Shown piece after piece: positions 18,604 through 28,074 of a stretch of 64,000 nt of DNA. The DNA comes from Paludibacteraceae bacterium. Lineage in GTDB: Bacteria > Bacteroidota > Bacteroidia > Bacteroidales > Paludibacteraceae. The notes under the pieces were generated by a model, which worked only from the letters and a program-made list of their open reading frames with translations, ran no database searches and was not told the origin of the DNA. The translations under genes were made by a program, and so were the position numbers. The DNA lies in NCBI GenBank assembly GCA_045113275.1, contig JBGUIU010000300.1:241-64240 (forward strand). Direction: 5' to 3'. Within the stretch, counting starts at the first letter, position 1, and the number at the start of each line of letters is the position of its first letter.

Positions 18604-18611
18604 TAAATTTG
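18604..18611 (+). promoter_or_regulatory. -7 promoter motif (TAAATTTG) for the FKBP gene trio
   Basis: Matches TAnnTTTG, 20 nt upstream of the ATG at 18631. Confidence 0.45.
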
Positions 18612-18630
18612 TGGCGTTAAAAATAGAAAA

Positions 18631-19218
18631 ATGGATAAAATTAGTTACGCATTAGGCCTTTCAATGGCCGCAAATCTTAAATCATCAGGTTTTAAGAGTG
18701 TGAATTTGGATAGATTCATGAAGGGTATGAACGATGCATTTTCTGGCACATCTCAGGAAATGAGTATTGAAGAAGCAAAGAGAGTTCTCAGCGAGCATTT
18801 TGATAAGATGCAAAAAGAGGCTGATGAACACAATAAGAAAGCCGGTGAGGAGTTCTTAAAAGAGAATGCAAAGAGACCTGGTGTTGTTACAACAGCAAGT
18901 GGATTGCAGTATGAGATTTTGAAAGAAGGAAATGGCGCTAAGCCAGGAGCCACAGATACAGTTCGTTGTCATTACGAAGGAAGATTGATCGATGGAAACG
19001 TGTTTGATAGTTCTTTTAAAAGAAACAAACCAGCAGATTTCCCAGTTAATCAAGTGATCGCAGGATGGGTTGAGGCATTACAATTGATGCCAGTAGGTTC
19101 TAAATGGAGATTGTTCATCCCTTCAGAATTAGGGTATGGAGAACACGGAGCAGGTGATGTGATCGGTCCTAATATGGCATTAATTTTTGATGTCGAGTTA
19201 ATTGAAATTCTAAAATAA
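18631..19218 (+). CDS. FKBP-type peptidyl-prolyl cis-trans isomerase (FklB-like, no obvious signal peptide)
   Basis: 195 aa. FKBP_N-like helix domain plus 'VRCHYEGRLIDGNVFDSS..VIAGWVEALQLMPVGSKWRLFIPSELGYG'. Confidence 0.9.
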   Translation: MDKISYALGLSMAANLKSSGFKSVNLDRFMKGMNDAFSGTSQEMSIEEAKRVLSEHFDKMQKEADEHNKKAGEEFLKENAKRPGVVTTASGLQYEILKEGNGAKPGATDTVRCHYEGRLIDGNVFDSSFKRNKPADFPVNQVIAGWVEALQLMPVGSKWRLFIPSELGYGEHGAGDVIGPNMALIFDVELIEILK

Positions 19219-19230
19219 TTATAGGATAAT

Positions 19231-19989
19231 ATGAAAAAAATCGGATTTTTTTTATTGTCTGTTCTTGTCTCAATCTCATCGGTTGATGCAAAACCTAAGA
19301 AAACAGTGTTATCTACTCCGAAGGATTCGGCAACGTATGCAATGGGTGTCGAATTTGCTCGTAGTGTGAAGGATAATTGTACCCATTTGCCTGGAGGACC
19401 ATTCGATGAAGCTATCTTAGAAGAGGCTTTCTTGAAGTTTTTCCATAATGATACTGCTTCGTTGTTGATCAAACAAGATAAAACAACTGAGATTGTACAG
19501 GCTTATTTGCGTAAGGCGCAGGAGTTGGCAGTAGAAAAAGCAAAGGCTGAAGGAATCGCATTCCTCCAAAACAATAAAAAGAATCCGAAGGTGAAAGAGA
19601 CTGCAAGCGGATTGCAGTATGAGGTGTTGAAGGAAGGAACGGGTGTAAAACCCTCTGCAGCGGATAAGGTGAAAGTACATTATCATGGTACGCTGATTGA
19701 TGGTACAGTATTTGATAGCTCAGTAGAGCGCGGTGAACCGATTGTATTCGAATTGAATAAGGTCATCCCAGGATGGACAGAGGGATTGCAATTGATGAAA
19801 GTGGGTTCTAAATACAGATTGTATATCCCATCAGAGTTAGGATATGGCGACCGTCAGGCAGGTAAAATTCCTCCATATTCAGTTTTGATTTTTGATGTTG
19901 AATTGTTGGATGTGGCTAAAGCAGCCATGCAACCACAATCAAATGGAGCTAAATATCAGTTCCCAGCATATCAACGAGTAGAAAGATAA
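19231..19989 (+). CDS. FKBP-type peptidyl-prolyl isomerase, secreted (FkpA-like)
   Basis: 252 aa. Signal peptide 'MKKIGFFLLSVLVSISSVDA'. '[47 protein letters not shown]'. Confidence 0.9.
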   Translation: MKKIGFFLLSVLVSISSVDAKPKKTVLSTPKDSATYAMGVEFARSVKDNCTHLPGGPFDEAILEEAFLKFFHNDTASLLIKQDKTTEIVQAYLRKAQELAVEKAKAEGIAFLQNNKKNPKVKETASGLQYEVLKEGTGVKPSAADKVKVHYHGTLIDGTVFDSSVERGEPIVFELNKVIPGWTEGLQLMKVGSKYRLYIPSELGYGDRQAGKIPPYSVLIFDVELLDVAKAAMQPQSNGAKYQFPAYQRVER

Positions 19990-20014
19990 TTAATCATAAT
20001 AGTTAAATAAAAAA

Positions 20015-20749
20015 ATGAAGAATTTATTCATTACAGCAGGTGCTGTGTTGGCAGCTGCTATCATGTTCTCTTCTTGTAATGAGGCAAAAAAAGAGATTAA
20101 ATTGAGTTCTAAGATGGACTCTGCAAGTTATGCATTAGGAATGAACCAAGGTTCAATGTTGGCTTCTCAGTTGAAAACATTGCCAGGTGACTCTGTAAAC
20201 AAGAAAGTGTTCTTGGATGCTTTCTCAAAGGCATTGATGGAAGACAGCATCAATTTGAAGTTCAATCAAGATACATGCGTAAAAGTGCTACAAGCTTATT
20301 TCTCTGAGTTGGATCGTTTGCAACAAATAAAGATGCAAGAAGAAGCATTACAGAACAAAATAGCTTCAGATAGCGCATTGAATGCAAATAAAGCAAAAGA
20401 CGGTGTTATGGTAACAGCAAGTGGTTTGCAATATCGTGTTATTACAGAGGGAACAGGAAAGAAACCTAAAGAGACAGATGTTGTAAAGGTGAACTATAAA
20501 GGTACATTAGTAGATGGAACCGTATTCGATTCAAGTGATATGCACGGACAACCAGCAGTATTTGGTTTGCAAGGTGTTATTCCAGGATGGACAGAAGGTT
20601 TGCAGTTGATGTCTGTTGGTTCAAAATATGAGTTCTTGATCCCTTCAGAATTGGCTTATGGCAGTAGAGGAACACAAGGAATTAAACCAAATTCTGCATT
20701 GTTCTTTGAGGTTGAATTGTTGGAGATCATGCCAGAAAAGAAAAAATAA
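20015..20749 (+). CDS. FKBP-type peptidyl-prolyl isomerase, lipoprotein
   Basis: 244 aa. Lipobox 'AIMFSSC'. '[47 protein letters not shown]'. Confidence 0.9.
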   Translation: MKNLFITAGAVLAAAIMFSSCNEAKKEIKLSSKMDSASYALGMNQGSMLASQLKTLPGDSVNKKVFLDAFSKALMEDSINLKFNQDTCVKVLQAYFSELDRLQQIKMQEEALQNKIASDSALNANKAKDGVMVTASGLQYRVITEGTGKKPKETDVVKVNYKGTLVDGTVFDSSDMHGQPAVFGLQGVIPGWTEGLQLMSVGSKYEFLIPSELAYGSRGTQGIKPNSALFFEVELLEIMPEKKK

Positions 20750-20764
20750 TAAATCTTTATGAAT

Positions 20765-20794
20765 AGAGTGCCACGCTTCACTGTGTGGCACTCT
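20765..20794 (+). terminator. Hairpin after the third FKBP gene
   Basis: 10-bp perfect stem agagtgccac/gtggcactct with a 10-nt loop. Only a short T tract (tt) follows. Confidence 0.5.
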
Positions 20795-20833
20795 TTGTCA
20801 CTATATTATTGGCAAAGAATCAAAAAATTAGTT

Positions 20834-20841
20834 TATCTTTG
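20834..20841 (+). promoter_or_regulatory. -7 promoter motif (TATCTTTG) for the AsnC-family gene
   Basis: Matches TAnnTTTG, 25 nt upstream of the ATG at 20867. Confidence 0.45.
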
Positions 20842-20866
20842 TAACCCGAAATAACAAGAGCGTATT

Positions 20867-21325
20867 ATGGATAAGATAGATGATTTGGATAAGGATATCC
20901 TTATGATTATTACAAGAAATGCCCGTATCCCGTTCAAGGATGTGGCAAGTGAGTGTGGCGTGTCAAGAGCAGCTATTCACCAACGTGTACAACACATGTT
21001 TGACTTGGGTGTGATTATAGGTTCTGGTTATCATGTCAACCCTAAAATCTTAGGATATCAAACTTGTACTTATATTGGCATAAAGTTGGAAAAAGGTTCT
21101 ATGTATTCTGAGGTAGTACCAGAATTCGAAAAGATACCAGAGATTGTAGAGTGCCATTTTACTACAGGTCCTTATACAATGATGATAAAACTGTATGCTC
21201 GTGATAATGAGCATCTGATGCAACTGTTAAACGGGAAGATACAAAGTATCAAAGGCGTTTCTGCAACAGAGACATTGATCTGTTTGGAACAGAGAATCAA
21301 ACGTGAATTGCCTATTTCATTGTGA
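20867..21325 (+). CDS. Lrp/AsnC-family transcriptional regulator
   Basis: 152 aa. HTH 'IPFKDVASECGVSRAAIHQRVQHM' followed by an RAM/ligand domain. Confidence 0.9.
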   Translation: MDKIDDLDKDILMIITRNARIPFKDVASECGVSRAAIHQRVQHMFDLGVIIGSGYHVNPKILGYQTCTYIGIKLEKGSMYSEVVPEFEKIPEIVECHFTTGPYTMMIKLYARDNEHLMQLLNGKIQSIKGVSATETLICLEQRIKRELPISL

Positions 21326-21376
21326 TGCATTAAGAAAATATTTTCGTTAATTGTTTTGTATTAAGGGAAAAAAGTG

Positions 21377-21384
21377 TAATTTTG
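21377..21384 (+). promoter_or_regulatory. -7 promoter motif (TAATTTTG) upstream of rimP-nusA-infB
   Basis: Matches TAnnTTTG, ~60 nt upstream of the rimP ATG. Confidence 0.4.
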
Positions 21385-21410
21385 CACACAAGATGAATAA
21401 GAATAGAAGA

Positions 21411-21435
21411 GGGGACTATTAAGTCCCCCTTTTTA
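21411..21435 (+). terminator. Terminator-like hairpin + T tract inside the rimP leader (possible attenuator)
   Basis: ggggact-atta-agtcccc (7-bp GC-rich stem, 4-nt loop) followed by cttttta tt. It lies between the promoter motif and the rimP start. Confidence 0.45.
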
Positions 21436-21444
21436 TTGTCTAAA

Positions 21445-21921
21445 ATGAAGCTTATGATAGAGGAAAGTAAAATACGTGAAATTGTAGAGGAATATCTTCG
21501 CGGGTCTTCTTTTTTTGTTGTAGATATCGCGGTTGATAAAAACAATTCCATCGTGGTTGAAGTGGATTCAGATGAGAGTGTTCCGTTGGACTATTGCGTG
21601 GAGTTGTCAAAATACATTGAGTCAAAGTTGGACCGTGATGTAGAAGATTTCGATTTGGAAGTGGGGTCTGCTGGCTTAACCTCTCCGTTCAAGGTTTTAC
21701 GTCAATATCAAAAATATGAAGGGTCGGAGGTTGAAGTTCAAGTGAAAAACGGACCAAAACACGTGGGTGTATTAGTGAATGTGTCGGATTCGTCGTTTGG
21801 ACTTGAGGTGACAAAGATGGTGAAGAAAGAAGGAGAGAAGAAAAAAGTTGCCGAGACAGAGACTCTGACATTTACGTATGAACAAATAAAATATACAAAA
21901 TATTCAATAACTTTTAAATGA
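21445..21921 (+). CDS. rimP: Ribosome maturation factor RimP
   Basis: ~158 aa directly upstream of nusA. 'FVVDIAVDKNNSIVVEVDSDESV..LEVGSAGLTSPFK'. The ORF is open from a TTG at 21436; the first ATG is at 21445. Confidence 0.85.
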   Translation: MKLMIEESKIREIVEEYLRGSSFFVVDIAVDKNNSIVVEVDSDESVPLDYCVELSKYIESKLDRDVEDFDLEVGSAGLTSPFKVLRQYQKYEGSEVEVQVKNGPKHVGVLVNVSDSSFGLEVTKMVKKEGEKKKVAETETLTFTYEQIKYTKYSITFK

Positions 21922-21922
21922 C

Positions 21923-23227
21923 ATGGCAAAGCAAGAAGCAGTTAGTTTGAGTGACACTTTTGCAGAGTTCAAAGAATTGAAGAACATTGACAGAAGTACA
22001 ATGGTGAGCGTTTTGGAAGACTCATTTCGTAGCGTTATTTCCAAAATGTTTGGTACAGACGAGAATTATGATGTGATCATCAATCCAGATAAAGGTGATT
22101 TCGAGATATACAGAAATCGTAAGGTTGTAAAAGATGAAGATTTGGAAGATCCTAATACTGAGATTTCATTATCGGATGCCAAAAGCATGGGTGACGATTT
22201 CTCATTAGGAGAGGATGTAACAGACAAGGTTGATTTTGCTTCATTTGGTCGCCGTGCCATTTTGAACTTGAGACAAACATTGGCATCCAAGATCTTGGAT
22301 TTACAGAAGGATTCATTATATAACAAGTACAAAGAGAAAGTAGGTACTATTGTTGTAGGTGAAGTGTACCAAGTATGGAAAAAGGAGATCTTGTTATTGG
22401 ATGATGAAGGAAATGAAATGTTGCTTCCTAAGCAGGAACAGATTCCTTCTGATTTCTATCGTAAAGGAGAAACAGTACGTGCCGTTGTGGCAAAAGTAGA
22501 TAACAAGAACAATAATCCAAAGATCATCTTGTCAAGAACATCACCTTTGTTCTTGCAACGATTGTTCGAATTGGAAGTTCCTGAAATCAATGATGGTTTG
22601 ATTACAATTCGTCGCATTGCTCGAATCCCAGGTGAGCGTGCTAAAGTGGCTGTGGAGTCGTATGATGATCGTATTGATCCAGTAGGAGCTTGTGTGGGTA
22701 TGAAGGGATCTCGTATCCATGGTATTGTTAGAGAATTAAGAAATGAAAATATTGATGTGATTAATTTTACCAACAATCCTTCTTTGTTGATTTCAAGAGC
22801 ATTAAGTCCTGCTCGTATCTCATCTATCCATGTGATGGAAGAGCATAAGAGAGCTGAGGTCTTCTTGAGACCAGAAGAGGTTTCCCTTGCTATTGGTAAA
22901 AATGGTATGAACATACGTTTGGCTGGTATGCTTACAGAATATCAGATAGAGGTGTTCCGTGATGTGGATGATGCTATCGACACAGAGGATATCTTCTTGA
23001 ATGAGTTCTTGGATGAGATTGAGCCATGGGTAATTGATACTTTAAAGGGTATCGGTTGCGATACAGCTAAACAGGTACTGAGCATTCCTCGTGATGAGTT
23101 GATTAAGAAAACTGATTTGGAAGAGGAGACTATCGACGAAGTATTGCGTATTTTGAGTTCTGAGTTTGAAGATGTTCCAATGGATGGTGCAGAGGATTCT
23201 ACGGATGAACAGAGTGCGCAAGAGTAA
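21923..23227 (+). CDS. nusA: Transcription termination/antitermination factor NusA
   Basis: 434 aa. S1 domain 'GEVYQVWKKEILLLDDEG' and KH domains 'GACVGMKGSRIHGIVRELRNENIDVI' and 'LAIGKNGMNIRLAGMLT'. Confidence 0.95.
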   Translation: MAKQEAVSLSDTFAEFKELKNIDRSTMVSVLEDSFRSVISKMFGTDENYDVIINPDKGDFEIYRNRKVVKDEDLEDPNTEISLSDAKSMGDDFSLGEDVTDKVDFASFGRRAILNLRQTLASKILDLQKDSLYNKYKEKVGTIVVGEVYQVWKKEILLLDDEGNEMLLPKQEQIPSDFYRKGETVRAVVAKVDNKNNNPKIILSRTSPLFLQRLFELEVPEINDGLITIRRIARIPGERAKVAVESYDDRIDPVGACVGMKGSRIHGIVRELRNENIDVINFTNNPSLLISRALSPARISSIHVMEEHKRAEVFLRPEEVSLAIGKNGMNIRLAGMLTEYQIEVFRDVDDAIDTEDIFLNEFLDEIEPWVIDTLKGIGCDTAKQVLSIPRDELIKKTDLEEETIDEVLRILSSEFEDVPMDGAEDSTDEQSAQE

Positions 23228-23249
23228 AATTTAACAACCCAAAAAAAAT

Positions 23250-26063
23250 ATGTCTATAAGATTAAGTAAAATAGCAAGAGAATTAAATGTCAGTGCAGAT
23301 ACGGTTGTGGACTTTTTGAGTAAAAAAGGCCACCCAATACCATCTGACAACCTAAACGTTCAGCTTACTGACGAACAGGAAGAATTGTGTTATGAAGGAT
23401 TGGGGTCTAATAAAAAAATAAAGATTGATTCGGAAAAAGTTACTCAACAACGTCAAAATAAAGAAAAGAAGGAAAGTGTATCCATAGAAGGCTTTGATGA
23501 GAAGAATGAGGTGAAGATACAAGTGCCTGAAGTTCACTCTCCTAAAGTTCTTGGAAAAATTGATTTGAATGACTTGAATGGAAAGAAAAACAGCGAATCA
23601 CTTAATGCTAACAACTCTGCTAAATCACAAAATCATTCGGATTCTGTGAATTCTGACACAAAGGAGTCTGATGCAAAATCTCAGGATTCTGCATCTACGT
23701 CAAGGGTTGATCAGACAAATGTGAAGCCTCAGGAACAAAGAAAAGTGACTCCTGTGGCATCGGCTGATTCTGATGGCGTATTCTCTATTTCCAAGCCCGC
23801 TAAGACGTCTATAAACGTGGTGGGTAAGATTGACTTGGAATCATTGAACCAACAAACACGACCAAAGAAAAAGTCAAAAGAAGAAAAGAAAAAGGAAAGA
23901 GAATTAAGAAATAAGAACTTCGCTGGAAAATCATTCGACGGACAGCATGGAATGTCAAAACCACAAGGTGCTTCTTCTGAAACGGATGACGCTAAGAAAG
24001 GAAAGAGAAAAAGAATCCAGAAAGAAAAAATAGATCTTTCAGATTATAAGGATTTTAAGAACGAAGACGGCAAACGTGGCGGCAATAATAATGCTGGCGG
24101 AAATGCTAACAGAGATAATCACAAGAAGAATCTTAAGAAAACTTTTGTAAAGCCTGAAATCAAAGAAGAGGAAGTACAAAAGCAGATTAAGGAAACGCTT
24201 GCACGATTGACTAGCAAAGGACAAAAAACCAAGGGCTCAAAGCACCGTCGTGATAAACGTGAATTGCAGGCAACAAAGTTGCATGAACAGGAGGAACAGG
24301 AGAAACTAGAACAAAACAAACTGAAGATCACAGAATTTGTGACTGTCAGCGAGTTGGCTACTATGATGGATGTTTCGGTTACTCAGGTTATCAGTACATG
24401 TATGAACTTTGGCTTGATGGTTTCTATCAACCAACGATTGGATGCTGAGACGATTAATATCGTTGCGGATGAGTTCGGCTTCGAAACAGAGTATGTCAGC
24501 GCAGAAGTAACGGCTGCTATTCATGAGGAAGAGGATAAAGAAGAGGATTTGGTTAAACGTCCGCCAATCGTAACTGTGATGGGTCACGTCGATCATGGTA
24601 AGACTTCCTTGTTGGATTATATTCGTCAGACCAATGTGATTGCAGGTGAGGCCGGAGGTATCACACAGCATATTGGTGCATATAATGTGACATTAAAGAG
24701 CGGACAACAGATAACATTCTTGGACACGCCTGGTCACGAGGCCTTTACGGCTATGCGTGCTCGTGGTGCGAAGGTGACGGATATTGCTATTATCATTGTG
24801 GCTGCCGATGATGATGTGATGCCACAAACAGTTGAGGCAATCAATCATGCATCTATCGCTGGTGTGCCTATTGTGTTCGCAATTAATAAGGTGGATAAAC
24901 CGACTGCAAACCCAGATAAGATCAAAGAGGCTTTGGCTAATATGAACTATTTGGTGGAAGAGTGGGGTGGTAAATATCAATCTCAAGATATCTCAGCTAA
25001 AAAAGGATTGGGTGTACCTGAATTGATGGAGAAGGTTCTTTTGGAAGCTGAATTGTTGGATCTGAAAGCTAATCCTAATCGTCGTGCTGTAGGTTCTATT
25101 ATTGAATCTCAGTTGGATAAAGGACGTGGATATGTTTCAACTGTCTTGGTTAGCAATGGTACATTGCATGTAGGTGATGTTGTTGTTGCAGGTATTAACT
25201 ACGGACGTATAAAGGCGATGTTTAATGAGCGTAATCAACGCGTGACAGAGGCTAAACCATCTGAGCCAGTCGTTATCTTAGGTTTGAATGGTGCTCCTCA
25301 GGCAGGTGATAATTTCAACGTCTTGGAAACAGAACAAGAGGCTCGTGAAATCGCTACAAAACGTGAACAATTACAACGTGAACAAGGATTGCGTACAACG
25401 AAGCACTTGACGTTGGAGGAGATTGCTCGTCGTCGTGCTTTGGGTAACTTCCAAGAGATGAATATCATCGTTAAAGCGGATGTGGATGGTTCTGCAGAGG
25501 CATTGAAAGACTCTTTGGAGAAATTATCTACAGAAGAATTTGCTGTTAACGTTATCCATAAGGCTGTCGGACAGATTTCGGAATCTGACGTGATGTTGGC
25601 ATCTACTGCTGATGCTATTATTGTGGGATTCCAGGTGCGTCCATCGCAGTCGGCTCGTAAGATTGCTGAGAAAGAAGGTGTTGATATCCGCTTGTATTCT
25701 ATCATCTACGATGCTATTGAGCAGATGAAGGATGCTATGGTGGGTATGTTGTCACCTGAAGTAAAAGAGGAGATAACCGGTACGGCTGAGGTACAAGAGA
25801 CCTTTAAGATTAGTAAGGTGGGTACTATCGCTGGTTGTATCGTGCGTGATGGTAAGATTAAGAGAGGTAATAAAGTCCGCTTGATTCGTGACGGTATTGT
25901 GGTTCACACAGGTGATTTGGCATCATTGAAACGTTTCAAAGATGATGTGAAAGAGGTTGCCAATGGTTATGAGTGTGGATTGAATATTGCCAATTACAAT
26001 GATTTGCAAGTAGGCGATATTATCGAAGGATTTGAAGAAATTGAAGTAAAGCGTACCCTGTAA
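23250..26063 (+). CDS. infB: Translation initiation factor IF-2
   Basis: 937 aa. G-domain motifs '[12 protein letters not shown]', 'DTPGHEAF' and 'NKVD'. Low-complexity K/E/S-rich N-terminal region. Confidence 0.97.
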   Translation: MSIRLSKIARELNVSADTVVDFLSKKGHPIPSDNLNVQLTDEQEELCYEGLGSNKKIKIDSEKVTQQRQNKEKKESVSIEGFDEKNEVKIQVPEVHSPKVLGKIDLNDLNGKKNSESLNANNSAKSQNHSDSVNSDTKESDAKSQDSASTSRVDQTNVKPQEQRKVTPVASADSDGVFSISKPAKTSINVVGKIDLESLNQQTRPKKKSKEEKKKERELRNKNFAGKSFDGQHGMSKPQGASSETDDAKKGKRKRIQKEKIDLSDYKDFKNEDGKRGGNNNAGGNANRDNHKKNLKKTFVKPEIKEEEVQKQIKETLARLTSKGQKTKGSKHRRDKRELQATKLHEQEEQEKLEQNKLKITEFVTVSELATMMDVSVTQVISTCMNFGLMVSINQRLDAETINIVADEFGFETEYVSAEVTAAIHEEEDKEEDLVKRPPIVTVMGHVDHGKTSLLDYIRQTNVIAGEAGGITQHIGAYNVTLKSGQQITFLDTPGHEAFTAMRARGAKVTDIAIIIVAADDDVMPQTVEAINHASIAGVPIVFAINKVDKPTANPDKIKEALANMNYLVEEWGGKYQSQDISAKKGLGVPELMEKVLLEAELLDLKANPNRRAVGSIIESQLDKGRGYVSTVLVSNGTLHVGDVVVAGINYGRIKAMFNERNQRVTEAKPSEPVVILGLNGAPQAGDNFNVLETEQEAREIATKREQLQREQGLRTTKHLTLEEIARRRALGNFQEMNIIVKADVDGSAEALKDSLEKLSTEEFAVNVIHKAVGQISESDVMLASTADAIIVGFQVRPSQSARKIAEKEGVDIRLYSIIYDAIEQMKDAMVGMLSPEVKEEITGTAEVQETFKISKVGTIAGCIVRDGKIKRGNKVRLIRDGIVVHTGDLASLKRFKDDVKEVANGYECGLNIANYNDLQVGDIIEGFEEIEVKRTL

Positions 26064-26082
26064 AAGGATACGCTTTTTTTTT
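26048..26082 (+). terminator. Rho-independent terminator overlapping the infB stop codon
   Basis: aaagcgta / tacgcttt stem with the taa stop in the loop, followed by a T-rich tract. Confidence 0.6.
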
Positions 26083-26094
26083 AATACGAGGAAT

Positions 26095-26586
26095 ATGTTT
26101 GCATTGGATATCATACTGTTAGCCCTGATGGTTTTTGCCATCATACGTGGGTGTATGAAAGGTCTTGTGATGGAAGTGGCCTCTCTGCTCGGAATTGTCG
26201 TCAGTGCGTTTATCGCTAAGAATTATGGCGTGGCTCTGATGGGGGGCATCGTTTCCTTTTTTGGGGGACAAACAGAGATGAATAGTATCGTGTCGATCGT
26301 AATCATTTTCTTGCTGTCTATGTTGGTCGTTCGCCTGTTGGCTGCTTTGGTAGCTAAGATGTTGAAGATTGCCATGTTAGGGTGGTTGGATAAGTTATTG
26401 GGCGGTGTTGCGGCTTTGGCAAAATGTTTGATGATTATGGGCGTTTTGTTGTATGCATTTGATAAGATGAACAATATGATACACTTGTTTGAAGAAGAGG
26501 ATTTAGCAAAATCGAAACTGTATGAACCTGTAAAATCGGTTGCATATATCGTTTTCCCTTCTGATACAAATACCGTTGTTGAATAA
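26095..26586 (+). CDS. cvpA: CvpA-family membrane protein (colicin V production protein family)
   Basis: 163 aa, 4 TM helices. N-terminus 'MFALDIILLALMVFAIIRGCMKGLVMEV' is typical of CvpA. Confidence 0.8.
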   Translation: MFALDIILLALMVFAIIRGCMKGLVMEVASLLGIVVSAFIAKNYGVALMGGIVSFFGGQTEMNSIVSIVIIFLLSMLVVRLLAALVAKMLKIAMLGWLDKLLGGVAALAKCLMIMGVLLYAFDKMNNMIHLFEEEDLAKSKLYEPVKSVAYIVFPSDTNTVVE

Positions 26587-26608
26587 TAAAAACTAATTTA
26601 ATACGCTT

Positions 26609-28024
26609 ATGAAAACACAGAACACATTTAGGGGTTTTCTGTCAAAAAAAATTACATTGACAATTTCCCTTGTTGTTTTCTCTTTATGTTGCTCAATGTC
26701 CCTATCAGCAAAGAAAGTTGTTTATGGAGAAATTTCTAAGATGGATTTAGAGCCAAAGTTTGGGTATTATAGGTGGGAACCATCGCTTGTGTTGAAATAT
26801 GGTGAACTGCCTGCTCGTGATAGTGTATTTGAAATTCCTTGTTCTGATGGTGCTATACAGTGGCCTGATAGTGATATGGGGCTTTATGTGGATTCTGAGA
26901 ATCCCAAAAGTGAAATATGGGTGATTGAAATAGATTCAACTTTTAAAGAGGTTCGTTTAAAGTCAACTGCGAACATGTTTGCGGGCTTTTCTTCTCTTAT
27001 GTACATAGGTGGTTTTAAGTATCTTAATACGGAATCGGTGACGGATATGAGTAAAATGTTTTACCGTTGTGGGTCTCTTATTTTTTCTGATACTCCTCCG
27101 GTGGCGTATGATGACGATGGAAATCTACTTGATATTGGTTTTAGAATGTATTTTGATTTTAGTACATTTAATACGCAAAATGTGACCCGAATGGATTCCA
27201 TGTTTGCTTATGCTTTTATGTATGGTCGATTTTCTACAGGTTATTCTCATGCTATTTATCCCTTTCTTGAACTCGGAAATTTTGATACTCGTAATGTGAC
27301 GAGCATGAGTGGAATGTTTGCACATTGTCAAGGTAGAGTACTCAGCTTTAATAGTTTTGATACGCATAATGTGACCGATATGAGCGGTATGTTCTATAAT
27401 TATTACAATGATGATGATAGTTGGGATTGGTATATGGAGCCTGATGATCCTAATTCATACTCCGAAGTATGTTCTCGTCCAGACTTAAATAGTGAGGATA
27501 TAAACCAATATAAAATGCAACCCTACACACTTGATCTTCGTTCCTTTGATACTCGTAATGTAACGAACATGAGTGAGATGTTTAAGAAATGTTCTGGTGT
27601 GACATCGATTGTTGTAGGAGAAGATTGGACAACAGCGTCTGTTCAAAAAGGCAGTTCGGCACAAATGTTTGAAGAGTGTTTGTTCTTGAAAGGAGCCTTG
27701 GGTACAACATACGATGAAACGCATTTAGATGCTGCGTATGCTCATCCAGATGGTGGTGAGGCTAATCCTGGGTATCTGACAGCTGTGAGTCAGTTGGATG
27801 CAGTTCCTTTGGTTAAAACGGAACAAACAGTGGATGTGTGGACATCCGATGGTCAGCTCTTTATCAAGGTGGAAATTTCTTCTGAGTATCGCATCTATGA
27901 TGTGTATGGACGTTTGGTGGCTCAGGGAATGATTACAGGAGGCGAAATAAACCTTCCATTGCCACGTCAATCAATCTATTTTGTAGATGTCAATGGCGTT
28001 GGAACTAAAGTGATGGTGGATTAA
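26609..28024 (+). CDS. BspA-type (DUF285-like) leucine-rich-repeat surface protein with T9SS C-terminal sorting domain
   Basis: 471 aa with a signal peptide. Repeated 'F(D/N)T(R/Q/H)NVT.MS.MF' units (FNTQNVTRMDSMF, FDTRNVTSMSGMF, FDTHNVTDMSGMF, FDTRNVTNMSEMF). C-terminal ~70 aa 'YRIYDVYGRLVAQG..IYFVDVNGVGTKVMVD' resembles a Por/T9SS CTD. Confidence 0.8.
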   Translation: MKTQNTFRGFLSKKITLTISLVVFSLCCSMSLSAKKVVYGEISKMDLEPKFGYYRWEPSLVLKYGELPARDSVFEIPCSDGAIQWPDSDMGLYVDSENPKSEIWVIEIDSTFKEVRLKSTANMFAGFSSLMYIGGFKYLNTESVTDMSKMFYRCGSLIFSDTPPVAYDDDGNLLDIGFRMYFDFSTFNTQNVTRMDSMFAYAFMYGRFSTGYSHAIYPFLELGNFDTRNVTSMSGMFAHCQGRVLSFNSFDTHNVTDMSGMFYNYYNDDDSWDWYMEPDDPNSYSEVCSRPDLNSEDINQYKMQPYTLDLRSFDTRNVTNMSEMFKKCSGVTSIVVGEDWTTASVQKGSSAQMFEECLFLKGALGTTYDETHLDAAYAHPDGGEANPGYLTAVSQLDAVPLVKTEQTVDVWTSDGQLFIKVEISSEYRIYDVYGRLVAQGMITGGEINLPLPRQSIYFVDVNGVGTKVMVD

Positions 28025-28040
28025 TTGAAAAGAATGTCAT

Positions 28041-28068
28041 AGTTAAGAATTAAGAGTTAAGGGTTAAG
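28041..28068 (+). repeat. Four tandem heptamers (AGTTAAG AATTAAG AGTTAAG GGTTAAG) immediately upstream of the 28075 start codon
   Basis: Read directly from the sequence. 7-nt period, NRTTAAG core, ending 6 nt before the ATG. Confidence 0.85.
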
Positions 28069-28074
28069 AAGGGC

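Noticed and set aside
20785-20800. A TGGCAC hexamer resembling a sigma-54 -24 element (rpoN is in the window). There is a second TGGCACG at ~39087.
   Set aside because: No properly spaced TTGC -12 element follows. The first hexamer is simply the 3' arm of a terminator hairpin, and the second is inside a CDS on the wrong strand.
22456-25705. Antisense ORFs of 97-152 aa inside nusA and infB.
   Set aside because: They lie opposite highly conserved, motif-rich genes and have no independent support.
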